Source: Octopus sinensis (Eukaryota). From it: DNA of 40,673 nucleotides. Below, piece after piece: positions 11,640 through 24,717 of this stretch. The DNA lies in the NCBI RefSeq assembly GCF_006345805.1, contig NW_021835348.1, positions 1 to 40,673 of the forward strand, in the 5' to 3' direction. Both the position numbers and the translations under genes were made by a program. The notes under the pieces were generated by a model. That model was given only the letters and a program-made list of their open reading frames with translations, searched no databases and was not told the DNA's origin. The stretch's first letter is position 1. Each line of letters begins with the position of its first letter.

Positions 11640-13150
11640 TAATAATGGCTAATCCTGAATGGCATTCTTGAGTTCATTTTCCAAACACATTACTAACAAA
11701 GTATTGCATACCCCAAACGCATTATTTGATCCCAAGAATTCAACAGCAGAGTCATGTCTAGATATCAATGATGTTACGGATGCCTATATACCTGAAGTTA
11801 TTAATAACCTAGATTCAAACTCAGAATCTAGACCAGATGTTTTCCTAGCCATGATGTTAAAAACGTGCCAAAACAGCATCACCGGATCATTAAAGATGCT
11901 ACTTCAGAAGTTGCTAGATACCGGCATATTCCCAGAACTACTGAAAGACGCAGTAGTAATACCTATAGACAAAGAAGGTAGCAGGGTCGAAGCTAAAAAC
12001 GACCTGTTTGCCTGATATCTCACACTTCTGAAATTGTCAAACGCATTGTCCGAAAAAGAATAATCACATAGCTTGAAGAAAATAACCCTTTAGCTAATAC
12101 GCATGATTTGCAGATTGGACGAAGTTCCTTCTCACAACTATTACAGTAACATCACACTATCCTCAATAATCTCCTGAGAGTAATCAACACTGACTGTATA
12201 TGCCTGGATTTGGCTAAAGCGTTTGATAGGTTTGATCATGGAATAATCTGACATAGGCCAAGGTATCTTGATATAACAGGAAAACGTGGAGAATGGTTCT
12301 TTGACTTCTTACGGGTATAATCAATCAATCGGTTTCTGCAAACGATTTTCTCTCTGCTGAATTACCTGTCATAAGTGATACAACTCGGGGCATTGTCCTG
12401 GGACCATTATTATTTATCATCTCATCATAACACAATGCATCAGGGTGCATATGACATACGAGTAATCATGTCAAATGATGCACCTTTCATTATACGCATT
12501 ACCAAACAACAGGCATCTCAGGAATCTCATAGGATGGATCCTACGAGTCTTCGTGACAAGAGAACCAGTAGTTATGCTGACTCTATCGGGAAGTTTATTT
12601 CTGAAGAGGTTTGATTAATATTCACAGCTTTGGTCTCTAGACCCGTATCATTGAAGAGATTGAAGTTTTACAAAGAACGTTCACCCGTAAAATAAGTTCA
12701 GTTACAAGCCTTAATTATTGAGAATGTGTGAAAGGTCTGCGTCTCTACTCTCTTGAACTCCGAAGACAGAGATTTACTATCGTATACGTATGGGAAATCC
12801 TTGAGGGACATATTGCAAACATAGGTATTTGATGATATTTCAATGTACGAACTGGTAGATACTGTCAGTTTCGAAACAGACCATCTTCGAAACCACGTGC
12901 AAAAGCACTCTATGTTGTACCAGTCTGATATTTAGAGGTCTTGAATTGTTCGAATTACTACTTAAAAAGACACTGGATAAACTCCCAGTGACGGTACCGC
13001 ACAAGCCAATCATTTAAGGATAAACTCAGGGAAGATCAGCTGCTACAGAATCATAGATAAATTTCCAGCCATAAATAATATAAGAAAATAAATTAAAGTG
13101 GTGTTCAAGAATGGTCGCAGTACTTCGATTGAAACCACTACAAGAATAAA
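11640..13150 (+). mobile_element. Decayed CR1/Jockey-type LINE: reverse transcriptase region through the 3' end, with frameshifts and stops
   Basis: ORF 11659-12015 has RT N-terminal motifs (SESRPDVFLAMMLKTC...LLDTGIFPELLKDAVVIPIDKEGSRVEAKN). CLDLAKAFDRFDHG occurs at about 12201-12242. The 3' end at 13095-13145 resembles the SINE B tail. Confidence 0.85.
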
Positions 13151-13469
13151 GGAATATCTAGTTTTATGGATCCCGGGGTTATACATAATCTACATCGAAT
13201 TTCATGCTCGGATACTGCAATAATCGTACGCGCTTCTATAGCGGACGACTTATGATCCTGACATTGTTCAGGGAACATTATTCGGATGACTGCCGGATCG
13301 TGACGGGTGTATTGTACAATTCCGATGCATTTCTGCATTGTCCGAGAATGAAAACCTGTCGTAGCTCATGCATAACCAATTCAAGTATTAAATGATATCT
13401 ACTCTCGCTGAATTATGTGCTGCGTTTCTTTTTTCGCTGATCCTGTCAAAAACCGTTACATCAATATAT

Positions 13470-13578
<109 letters not shown>

Positions 13579-13819
13579 TAAAATGGAACAAAAGTGGAAT
13601 AGAGTAAAATAAAACTACCGGACAGAAGCAGGATACAAAGTCGGACAGGAAAAGCAATAACTAGAGAGACGGGAAAAAAGGACGGTTCATTTATGACCTT
13701 CTCTCGTGAGTCAAGTTACTAGGTGCCCTTACAGTTTCGGGCAGTTATACTTGAGACTGTTTGATCTGGTTGTTCCCCCAAAAGTCTAAGCAAAGAACAT
13801 TTGATTTTTTGTAAGAAAG

Positions 13820-13895
<76 letters not shown>

Positions 13896-14314
13896 ACGAT
13901 TGCATAAATATAGTGTATTGCATAAGATAATTTACATGACGTGTAGCGCCATCATGTGTAAATACACTCATGTACATATGCATAAATGCTAGGTAGAGTT
14001 TCAACATTGTTTATTGTTCAAACACACTCTGCCATCTTAAAAAGAAAAGATAAGGATACGTTGCATAATAATTTGTCGACATTTTGTTTCTGAAAATACA
14101 AAACCGAGTCTATAAGGAAAAACAACAACGACAAAGATACATGCATAATTAGGAAATATGTCATAGCATTCATGAAAATATATATGAAAATAAAGAACGA
14201 AATAAGCTTGGTTTTATATATAGCATTGTACTAGAAACATAGATAAGAATAGAATAGAAGTATAAGGCATACGCCATTTGGTTTTTGCACAATTTTAGTA
14301 ATCAGGCATAATGA

Positions 14315-14316
<2 letters not shown>

Positions 14317-14390
<74 letters not shown>
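14317..14390. repeat. (AAT)n microsatellite
   Basis: Directly visible pure array. Confidence 0.97.
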
Positions 14391-16635
14391 TCAATGGTAA
14401 AGATATATCAAGCAACAATAACAGGGTAAATAGGAAGACTAAGGTTTAACAAAGGGAAACCATGTTATACTATATTCATGCTACATACACAGAAAAATAC
14501 CCATCCACAACATATACGCACATACGCACATACACACACGTACTCGCACACACACATGTATATATTTATACATTCATGCACTCATACATATATGTATGCA
14601 TATTTAGATATGTTGTATTCTTCAGTCCAAATCGTGCATGATTAATTTCTTGAAATGGCACTTGGATTATATCTATTAGGCATGGAAGAACTGAACAGTA
14701 CGATGCTAATCTACTTGGCGAAATGTTCTTAGGCCTCGTCTTGGAAATATTTTGTACATACAGACTACAAGTACTGTGAATGACACCGGTTTTCCAACTA
14801 TATATTAGAGCAGTTTTATTTAGGAATTCCTGATTATATACCCTAGCACATTACATGTTTGTACACCCCGAGTCAAGATATTTTAAAGAGAATATGTTCA
14901 TACTGCTTAATTTAGTGTAATGTACTCCAGTTTTGGCCTGTTACGTTTATACAATATACATTTATACTTTAAAACTATAAAAATTCCGGGACTACATTTA
15001 TCCCGTTTATCACTCTTTCCAATTTCTTCCACCGGGATTCCGTGACCAGTTGAATTTAAATGAACTGAGATTTCCTCGATATACATTTCTAAATGAATTT
15101 TCTTTTCGCGGTGATGACCTACAGCTCAGTGTAGTTTGATCTGAATAGCAGAATGGACCGCATAGAATACAAGGAACTGGAAGACTGCACCTTTATTGAT
15201 ACCTTATCGTTGTCTGTGCAGCTTAAAAACATTGTTTCAAAATGCCTCTTCTTTCTATTTATAAGATATCGTAAAGAAAATTCAACTGACAGTTAGAGGC
15301 GTCAACACTGATATTCAAGAGTATTTTATTGAATACCGAGGTCGAATTAAGCCGAACTTACGATTGTAACCAAGAGATAGGTGGTCTCTTCCAAGTTCAG
15401 TTCTGTTTTTCTAAATGGTGCAGTTAAGGTTTATTGGGTAACGATTCGTTTCAGGCTCCTTTTCTTTTGGCAATAACGTGGACATTGAAGTTTTTTTTGT
15501 GAAATTATATGCTAACAATAATGTCCCATATAGGTTTCTATCTACAATTTCAGAATTATCCTCTCGTTCCCAAGAGAGAAGCAACCAACCAATCTCATAT
15601 TAAACTCCAAACGAGGGTATAAATTTCTCATGTAATCTGCAATGATATGATATTATTCTATATCATACCAATGCTAATCAAAAGAAAAAACATAACTACT
15701 CGACATTTCATATCATATTTGTTTAAATACCAGCGAAAGTATCTTTCTGTCGAACAAAAATGGCAGCAAGATTTATTTATATGTTACCAGATGAACTTAC
15801 CATAATCGTTGCCGACTGCAATTTTGAAACGCCGTGCTGTGTATTTCATAAAATGTCAAACTTTATAACGAGCTGTACATTATTACTGTTTTCCTTTTGT
15901 GTTACCTTTTTAGATAACATTATAAAATGCAAATATTCTAATGCGACATGCAGCTAGATTCTAAATACCAAACATATCACTATCTATATTTTTAGTTACG
16001 TTGTAATATATATATCTTTTATTTCTAATGTACAAACAGTGTATACTAACTGTGAATAATCTTTTAAATCGTTACATGCATCGCCTACATCTAAAGGGTT
16101 GGCAGATTCGTGTATTCCCTTAGGCGATTAAGGTTTATTAGAAAACCTTAAAACTATATTAGTAACATACAAAAAAGGTGCTCATACGGTATTCTGGAAG
16201 TGCAACAAATTACAAAGGTTTTTGTTTCTGATATGAGCATTCATCGCTATCGTGGTGTTTGCTGTAAATAGTCCAGTGATAGATATGTTATACTCAGTCT
16301 TAGTTCGTTGAAACTTGTAAACGTCTATGAATTATTAGCTATGTGATATCATGCTTTATAAGTTTCGTGATCGCATGCTTATTAGTTTTCTGATACATTG
16401 TTATTTTCATTGAATTGTCGAGTGGAGTTTATGATACTGCTAATTATTTCTGTACGGAGGCTGATGAATTATACCTGTCATATTTAAATATATGATATTC
16501 ACGAATGTCTTATACAAATTTGATATTTTGCTGCTCTACCAAGTATCAACGGTGGTCAAAGAGGAATTGATCATCTATTATGGATTAGTTTCCGTGTATT
16601 CTTATATGAAAACGACGCAAAGCACGATTAGGCCT

Positions 16636-16790
16636 CATCATCATCATCATCATCGTCATTATCGTCACCACCATCGTCATCATCATCATCATCATCATCA
16701 TCTCACCAAATATCATCATGATCATCATCATCATCATAATCATCATCATCCCCACCACCATCGTCATCATCACCGTCGTAATCGTTGTTG
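16636..16790. repeat. Imperfect (CAT)n microsatellite
   Basis: Directly visible; produces the spurious poly-His, poly-Ile and poly-Met ORFs. Confidence 0.9.
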
Positions 16791-16999
16791 TCTTCTACAC
16801 TATCCTCATCAACGCAAACAACAAGAACCAATTGAACGTAGTCGTAGATGAGGACCAGGAATTTTGGACTCACTGTGTGGAAGCCATTTCCGTAGTATGG
16901 TGTTGGATGTGTTGATGGAAGCTAAGAGAATTATTAGAGCCTCGGAGAAAATACCTTGTCTTATTCCTTCCAACACTATACGTTAAAATTCCGACGACG

Positions 17000-17550
17000 T
17001 CGTCTTTCAATTTCGTCGCCCAGACTTAGCGGCATTTAGTCTACATTCACGTTTTGAATTCAAATACATATTTCATTACTACCCACAAGTACTAAACACA
17101 GAGGGGACAAACAAGGACAGACAAACGGATTAAGTCGATTACATCGATCCCCAGTGTGTAACTGGTACTTAATTTATCGATCCCGAAAGGATGAAAGGCA
17201 AAGTCGACCTCGGCGGAATTTGAACTCAGAATGTAGCGGCAGACGAAATACTTATATCTTTACTACCCACAAGGTGCTACACACAGAGGGGACAAACAAG
17301 GACAGACAAAGGGATTAAGTCGACTGCATCGACCCCAGTGCGTAAATGGTACTTAATTTATCGACCCCGAAAGAATGAAAGGTATAGTCGACCACGGCTG
17401 AGTTTGAACTCAGAACGTATCGGCAGACGAAATAATGCTAAGCATTTCGCCCGGCGTGCTAACGTTTCTGCCAGCTCGCCACTGGATTCAAATACCGTCG
17501 ATATCAGCTTTGCCTTTCATCCTTTCGGGGTCAACAAAATATGTACTATT
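17000..17550 (+). mobile_element. Old A' SINE interrupted at its B-box by the family A dimer
   Basis: cttagcggcatttagtctacattcacgttttgaattcaaatac (to 17067) resumes as attcaaataccgtcgatatcagctttgcctttcatcctttcggggtc (from 17486). The 10-mer attcaaatac is duplicated on both sides. Confidence 0.7.
17068..17480 (-). mobile_element. SINE family A head-to-tail dimer (one head, two bodies)
   Basis: Head at about 17435-17480, body 1 down to 17252, body 2 from 17251 to 17068 starting gtatttcgtctgccg. Confidence 0.9.
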
Positions 17551-17649
17551 TGATCTCAGGATCAGTGCAATCGAGTTTGCTCACTCAGCCGCAATTGCTG
17601 GCCTAGTGTCAGAAATTTGAAGCCATTAATATTACTATTATGCTAATAT

Positions 17650-17945
17650 TTAACTCCTCAAAGATCTTGATTTTACTTGCTCCGGCCTAATTCTTTAAGA
17701 GCGGACAACAATCTGTTATCAAGTGTCCCACAGTCTTTTTTCACAATACTTAACACTTAAGTGCTAATCTCAAAATTCTCGCTGTCCCCAATGAATGTTC
17801 CACACTCATGCTAACTCCAATTTCTGCAATAAAAAAACCTACTCAAACCTCAAACCTCAAATGCTCTCCTTACTCCCTTCTTTGTCCACATTCGTGTAAT
17901 TTCCTTTTTTAGTAGCTTGTACTTTTATTTCATTTTTTAGTTGTT
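17650..17945 (-). mobile_element. Decayed 3' end of an R4/Dong-type (REL endonuclease) non-LTR retrotransposon
   Basis: Minus frame LGTARILRLALKC* (17791-17750) matches the C-terminal pattern of the other two fragments. Its 5' side abuts a (TAA)n array at about 17950-18017. Confidence 0.55.
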
Positions 17946-18018
17946 GTCCTTATTATTATTATTATTATTATCATTATTATCATTATTATTATCATTATTA
18001 TTATTGTTATTATCATTA

Positions 18019-18202
18019 AGGAAATTATCTGGCAGAATCGTTAGTGCGCTGACAAAGTGATTAGCGGCATTTTGTTCATCTCTTACGTTCTGAATTCATA
18101 TTCTGCCGAGGGCGAATTGCTTCTCATCCTTTTAGGATCGATGAATTAAATACCATTGAAGCACTGGCATCAACGTAATCGACTAGTCCCCTCCCCCCAA
18201 AT

Positions 18203-18204
<2 letters not shown>
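18019..18204 (+). mobile_element. Degenerate A' SINE
   Basis: ctggcagaatcgttagtgcg...ttagcggcattttgttcatc...ctgaattcatattctgccgaggg...gtaatcgactagtcccctcccccc aligns to 27238-27450. Confidence 0.7.
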
Positions 18205-18245
<41 letters not shown>

Positions 18246-19859
18246 CCATCATCATCATCAATAACGTTACTTGATCTATGTGTTTCGCTATAATATTCGA
18301 AGAATTTTGTTTATTTGTTAACTAGACTATAAAATATACACTTTTGACTATTTCTATAACAATTCAGAATATCCTAACTAATTAAGTTCCTCAAGAAATT
18401 TACTACATAATATATTCCAAAAATCTATTGTATTTTAATTACAGACATGACTAAAATATACGTATGACTTCTAAAATGAAAAAAATATACAAATTCAAAT
18501 TGAATAATGCAGGTGCCTTCCTGGCAAAGGAATATTGCCAAGTAGGAAACATAAGACATGCAGAAATTGGTGCATGGAATCTAATTTATGATAGACTAAT
18601 ATTCCGTGCAGTTCCAGTGATGGGTACTCACGTCACTCCCAGAATCTGGGCTCTTGATTAAACCTTTGCCATCTTTACCCATTCTTTTCTGTTAGTATGG
18701 TGCCACCAGGTTTAGGAATAAATAAAACATGACAAAAATCTTAAAACACATTTACGAAGGTTAAACGGACATCAGGTTAGGTTTGCAAGCAATATACATA
18801 GAGGGTCAATTCACAATGGTAACAAGTTGCAACGTTTTACAAATTCACAATATGAGGGAAATGCAAGCAGTTAAAGAATTTGACACTTAGGAAAAACACA
18901 ATACTGGGTTTGGAATTGAAGGGATAAGCATAGGATACAGAAAAAAACACTGTGGGTCATAGGGAATGCAGAAAGATAAATCATAAACAAAGTGTTTAAA
19001 AGAGAAAATTTATCAGTGATTTAAAAGAAAATTAACACAACATTCTCTTTTTTCTTCATCCAATGTATATATCTTAAAGGGTTCTGTCTTAAATGGAAGT
19101 GATTATTTTCAGATTAACAGGATTCAACAAATATTATTTTCTTTCGTAAGTAATGTTTCCTTTCAGCGAGTGAAAACATATGATTATATTATTTTATATA
19201 TTACAACTTACCAAACATTTTCTAGATATGGCGACAGAAACATGCAGATATATTTGTCACAAATGTTCTGTAATTTGTTATCCAATAGAATATTAACTAA
19301 AATATCTGGAATAAAATGTTCTCCCTTCTCATGCCAACGAGGCAGCGTCAACGTGGTTGCTCTATCTACTAGAAATAACAGCCATAACTTGGTTGAAGAA
19401 ACTACGAGGGCACGCAGCACTAAGAAGGCCGAAAGAAAACCTTGTCAAAGTGTCAAGTGATACCCATATTGGGAGAATATCAGGCTCCACGGGCATCAAG
19501 CTACATCTGTTGGTGATTACATATACCCTCATTATGTTACAGATTCGTAAGGGGTGCTTTCAAATGTGACTGTTTATGAACGTCAAATATTTGAATCTAT
19601 GCATTTTAGAAGCCGAGCATGAATGATGGAATATTAATGTCGAGTTTCTGTATCAAGTTAGTGCAATTTAGATTTGATTAGAAATAAATACCAGTAATTA
19701 TATGTCAGACTATTAAACACTGCTTTTTTCTCTAAAACTTAGATTCCTTTGTTGTTAAGCAGCAGAAAGAAAATCAATATGATTATAGCAAATTTATCTT
19801 GATGTGCAAACTTTATACAGCTACTATCACACAAACAATTCTATACACGCTCACAAATG

Positions 19860-19879
19860 TGCATGTATAGATATATATG

Positions 19880-19913
<34 letters not shown>

Positions 19914-19919
19914 TGTATG

Positions 19920-19950
<31 letters not shown>

Positions 19951-20110
19951 GTATATATGTATGTATGTATTTATGTATGTATGTATGTATGTATGTATGT
20001 ACATATATATATATGTGTGCGTGTATGGGTGTATGTGTACGTGTCTCTGTGCGTGTACGTATATATATATATATACGTACACACACACACACACACATAT
20101 ACATATGTAT
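19860..20110. repeat. (TATG)n / (TA)n / (CA)n microsatellite
   Basis: Directly visible. Confidence 0.95.
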
Positions 20111-21419
20111 ATATACGTTAAATATAGTTGTGTGTGTGTTTGTATATGTACACATGTTTTTTCATGTATTTGCGGATGGCTTTGAAGACATATATACAAG
20201 TTTGCTAGAGTGTGTTTGTGTATGTGTGCGTTCGTACGTGTGTGTGTGTTGTGTGCGGCGAACATTGTATATGTGCATTTGTGTATGCGTGTGCTTTGCT
20301 ATCATAAAACTTCCTACTGAAACCTGTCAATGTTCGATCGGAAAACCGGTTTTCTGCTCTGTGTGCTAGAAAAGAATGTACATCACTTAGGTTATTCATA
20401 TAGCAAAATGTGATTTTTCTCTAGACGGCCTACAGATCCATGGGAATTATAATAAAATTTGGGAAACAACTGAAGGGCCGGGGATAAAATGTAAAGGAAC
20501 AGTAATTAGATTTAGCACAAATCTTTACTTGCATCGTGATAATAATAACATTTCATGTCAGTTATCCGTTATACAGTCGAGCCGATCAAGTGATTTGCCG
20601 TATTATAAGAAGACTAGTGATATACAAAAGAAACAAAGAGAGCATAAAAAGAACTTCATTTCTTATTATGACAAGAGTTTTACATGGAAATACTGACTGC
20701 AGAACATTTAAAGGAGGTTTGTACGATTATATATTTAGTAAATACTTTATATCAAAATAATTTCCTATAGAAATACTTCTGAAGAAAGGAATGTTTGAAT
20801 AATGTTATACGAAAACGAGAAAAATTGAATTGAAATATGTATTGACCCTTTTGTTATCAAACGATTCTTTAGCTAAGTCTTGAAGTTGTCGCAAAAAGTT
20901 TAATGTGTAAGGAACATAGCATTGAAAATATCCAACGAAAAGCAGGAGCTTCTCTTCATATGCAGACAACAAAACAAATATTTCTGTCATAGCTCGACAT
21001 ATTGCAAAAATTTTAATTTGTAATACTTGAAACTAGAGAAGTGGCAATAAAATGTTGATCAGCGTAAGATATACTTTAAGCCAAGACATCGCCGGAAAAG
21101 GATCTTAACATCTTTCTGATACTAGAAAGCAATTACCATACGAACACATACACGTAAAGAAGCATAGGTGCACTCACACGTTAGAAATTCTACACATGCG
21201 TATGCATAGAAACGAGTGTGTATCTGCATAGAGGTTTATCTATCTATCTATCTATCTATCTATCCAGCTAGCTAGCTAGTGGTGTATGAATGTATAACAT
21301 GTATGTATGTATGTCTCTCTCTTTCTCCCCTCTCTCTCTGGATATATATATACATACATATATAAATATACATACATATGTATGTATATGTACACACATG
21401 TATGTATGCTTGGGTCATT

Positions 21420-21620
21420 TGTGTCTTTGTGCTTGCGTTTTTCCTCCAACACCGGTGTACAGTTATCTGTGCCCTCATAACTTCACAGTTCGGCGAAAGT
21501 GGCCGATGAGCTAAGCACCTGAGTTAAAACATAAATACAGGGTAGATTTCTCGTCTAAGGTTCTCAAGGCTGTGCTCCAGCATGTCTGAAATCCGTTGAC
21601 TGAAACAGGTTAAAGACAAA
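21420..21620 (+). mobile_element. Degenerate 3' half of SINE family B
   Basis: cagttcggcgaaagtggccgat...aaggctgtgctccagcatg...gactgaaacaggttaaagac aligns to the B body and tail. Confidence 0.6.
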
Positions 21621-21629
21621 AGGAATATG

Positions 21630-21896
21630 TGCATATACATATATTTATGTACATATTCATACACACACACATATATATATACATACATATACATATATAT
21701 ACATATATATAATATATATATATATAATATATATATATATATACATACATATACATATATATATAATATATACATATATATATATACATACATATACATA
21801 TATATATATACATACATATACATATATATATATACATACATATACATATATATATATACATACATATCATATATATATATATACATACATATATAT

Positions 21897-21948
<52 letters not shown>
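21630..21948. repeat. Compound (TA)n/(CATA)n microsatellite
   Basis: Directly visible. Confidence 0.95.
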
Positions 21949-21950
<2 letters not shown>

Positions 21951-22494
21951 AAAGAATTTTGATTCACATCGTGCAGTAAACGAACTGTTTCCTTGTGTTA
22001 CTCCAATACTATTAGAGGTCAAAATATTCGAATAACCTCGTTCACCATATTAATAGAGTAACAGGTCACATGTCAGTGCGCTAAATATACATAAAAAATA
22101 ACAGTTGCAGTGATGTATGAGCCAATGAACCATGCTAGTAATGTCTTGTCCGCTCGAGGTCGTTTCATTTTCTTATTTTAGTTATTCCTGTCCATAACAT
22201 TTTATTAAAGTCGGTGAGATATCTTTATTACACTATTTTAATGTGTGATCGCATTGTCGAATCGAGGGTAGCTGTCGGCGGATTGAAAAATCTGAATTTC
22301 AAGGAATAAATTGGATTCGATTGGATTATATTGCGTATGTTTAGTCCACCGCAGGACGTTGACCTCAGCATGTTCTCTCCAACCACGGTTTGATGTGGAG
22401 GCTGTGAATCTGAGGTCGAGATCATACTAGTTTGATGATTTTACTCAACCACACTAGTTCGACATGGCTTGGCAGAGGGATGCGGTATTTATAC

Positions 22495-22870
22495 TCTTAC
22501 CCAGGAGTTGTTAAGTCTATTACATCGACCCCAGTACTCAACTGGTACTTATTTTTCATCAACTCTGAAATGATGAAATGCAAAGTCTTCCTCGGTAGAA
22601 TTTGAACTCAGAACCTAAGGGCGGAGGAAATACCTTTTTCTTTACTACCCACAAGGGGCTAAACACAGAGAGGACAAACAAGGACAGACAAACGGATTAA
22701 GTCGATTACATCGACCCCAGTGCGTAACTGATACTTATTTAATCGACTCCGAAAGGATGAAAGGCAAAGTCGACCCGGGTGGACTTTGAACTCAGAACGT
22801 AGCGGCAGACGAAATACCGCTAAGCATTTCGTCCGGCGTGCTAACTACTATGTCAGTTCGCTAAATGTGT
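22495..22870 (-). mobile_element. Composite SINE: diverged head, young family A body (down to 22634), then old A' body (22633-22495)
   Basis: The young body matches family A closely. The junction reads aaagaaaaag|gtatttcctccgcc on the minus strand. The distal body carries the A' diagnostic agtaccagttgagtactgggg. Confidence 0.8.
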
Positions 22871-23142
22871 ATATATATATACATATAAAATTTTAAACCC
22901 ACCCGTATTTTTATAGCAGCTGTATTGGATTAAAACTCTTTTTCCTCCATAACTGCTTTGTTTCCTAAAATCCAGCTTAATTTTAAATGATTTTAGTACA
23001 TATTTACTGAAATACACTTCGGATGAGACAGTACATTTATTGACTATCTGCATATAACCTTTAGTTGACGTGTCACTCGCACAGTTATCAGAATCAGGTA
23101 TGTATATGAATATATAGACATATATTTGTATGAAGAAGTAAT

Positions 23143-23420
23143 GCAGAAGCATGGCCTAGTGGAAAGGGTATTGCACCCACAATCGAAAGATTGTGGTTTT
23201 AAATCTCACCTCTCTCCGTAATCACTTCGTGTTGTACACCATGCACCTGTTCAGGCAAAATACAGTAAATACAGGTTGTTTATCAAGAAAGGGAGACTAC
23301 AATTATCCCTGCAAAAAAACTCATTTGTCATAGAAAGACAATGTCACTCTATCGCATCAGCGACCAACATTCTTACTGTAGGTGGCTATTTCAACTGACT
23401 TACTGGATATTGTCTCGTAT
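23143..23420 (+). mobile_element. Degenerate tRNA-headed SINE (family D)
   Basis: Head gcatggcctagtggaaagggtattgcac...ggttttaaatctc. Its 3' part (gacaatgtcactctatcgcatcagcgacc...ggatattgtc) recurs inverted at about 24718-24830. Confidence 0.55.
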
Positions 23421-23475
23421 ATATATGAATGTGTGGGTGAATTATTTATATTCGTGTCTCTCTCTCTATATATAT

Positions 23476-23716
23476 ATATTCTGTTGTGTCTGAGGAGAGT
23501 CATTTTCTTTTTGTGCCATATTATATAACACACTCACCGGTAAAATTTCCACTTTTTTTCTTATTTTTATTTTCCTAAAATTTTCGTTGCGTCTTGCAAC
23601 ATTTTCAATGGTTTTAGGAAAATAAAAATAAGAAAAAAAGTGGAAATTTTACCGCTGAATGTGTTATATTATAAGGCAGAAAAAGAAAATGACTCTCCCC
23701 AGACACAACAGAATAT
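23476..23716. repeat. Fold-back element, about 105-bp arms and 31-bp spacer
   Basis: 23476-23580 is the imperfect reverse complement of 23612-23716 (for example ggtaaaatttccactttttttcttatttttattttcctaaaa / ttttaggaaaataaaaataagaaaaaaagtggaaattttacc). Confidence 0.9.
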
Positions 23717-23784
23717 GGTTCAACACAGGAATTCATATAAAGAATCTTGCAAACCAAATCCAAAAACAATATATATATATATAT

Positions 23785-24198
23785 AGGCGCAGGAGTGGCT
23801 GTGTGGTAAGTAGCTTGCTAACCAACCACATGGTTGCGGGTTCAGTTCCACTGCGTGGCATCTTGGGCAAGTGTCTTCTGCTATAGCCCGGGGCCGACCA
23901 ATGCCTTGTGAGTGGATTTGGTAGACAGAAACTGAAAGAAGCCTGTCGTATATATGTATATATATATATGTGTGTGTGTGTGTTTGTGTGTCTGTGTTTG
24001 TCCCCCTAGCATTGCTTGACAACCGATGCTGGTGCGTTTACGTCCCCGTCACTTAGCGGTTCGGCAAAAGAGACCGATAGAATAAGTACTGGGCTTACAA
24101 AGAATAAGTCCCGGGGTCGATTTGCTCGACTAAAGGCGGTGCTCCAGCATGGCCGCAGTCAAATGACTGAAACAAGTAAAAGAGTAAAGAGTAAAGAG
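23785..24198 (+). mobile_element. SINE family B, full length
   Basis: aggcgcaggagtggctgtgtggtaag head through the gactgaaacaagtaaaagagtaaagagtaaagag tail. Confidence 0.93.
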
Positions 24199-24717
24199 TA
24201 TATACGCCATTAATACTACGCATTATGTGTCATTTCAGATATAGGTGTAATGAATCCTTTAACAAGGAAGTGTATCTTCAAAAGACTTATGTTTTAGCAT
24301 CAGATAACGTGATCCTTCATCATTCTACATTCTACTTTCGATTTCGGCTGTTGTTTTCTTTATACGATTCTGTAAATGCATTACCATAGACCAATCTGAT
24401 ATCATTTTCAATTACATATGATCTATTTTGGGGTTAATCTATATTGCGAATAATATGGTGTGTTACAAACACTGTTAAGATGTGTCCTGGTAGAGAAAAT
24501 GAGACATTCTGTGAAAATGGACCATTATTTAATATAAGGTTTACAAATTTTCCATCATTCTGAACCCGATTTCATGGTGATTAGTTTTCTAAACCGATTG
24601 GGGATACCACAGAAGAATGGTCGTCATATAATTAGTCAGGTGAAATACGCTAGAGTTTCAAATTCCTTTTCCAAACCTACCACAGAAATGGAATTCAGTA
24701 TATTCAATCACAAGAAA

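Noticed and set aside
16492-16915. Poly-histidine 119-aa ORF
   Set aside because: Produced by a (CAT)n microsatellite; the other frames give poly-Ile and poly-Met, and there is no splice or domain support.
17068-17480. Tandem 185-bp units as a possible CRISPR array or satellite
   Set aside because: No unique spacers, eukaryotic context, and the units are SINE bodies.
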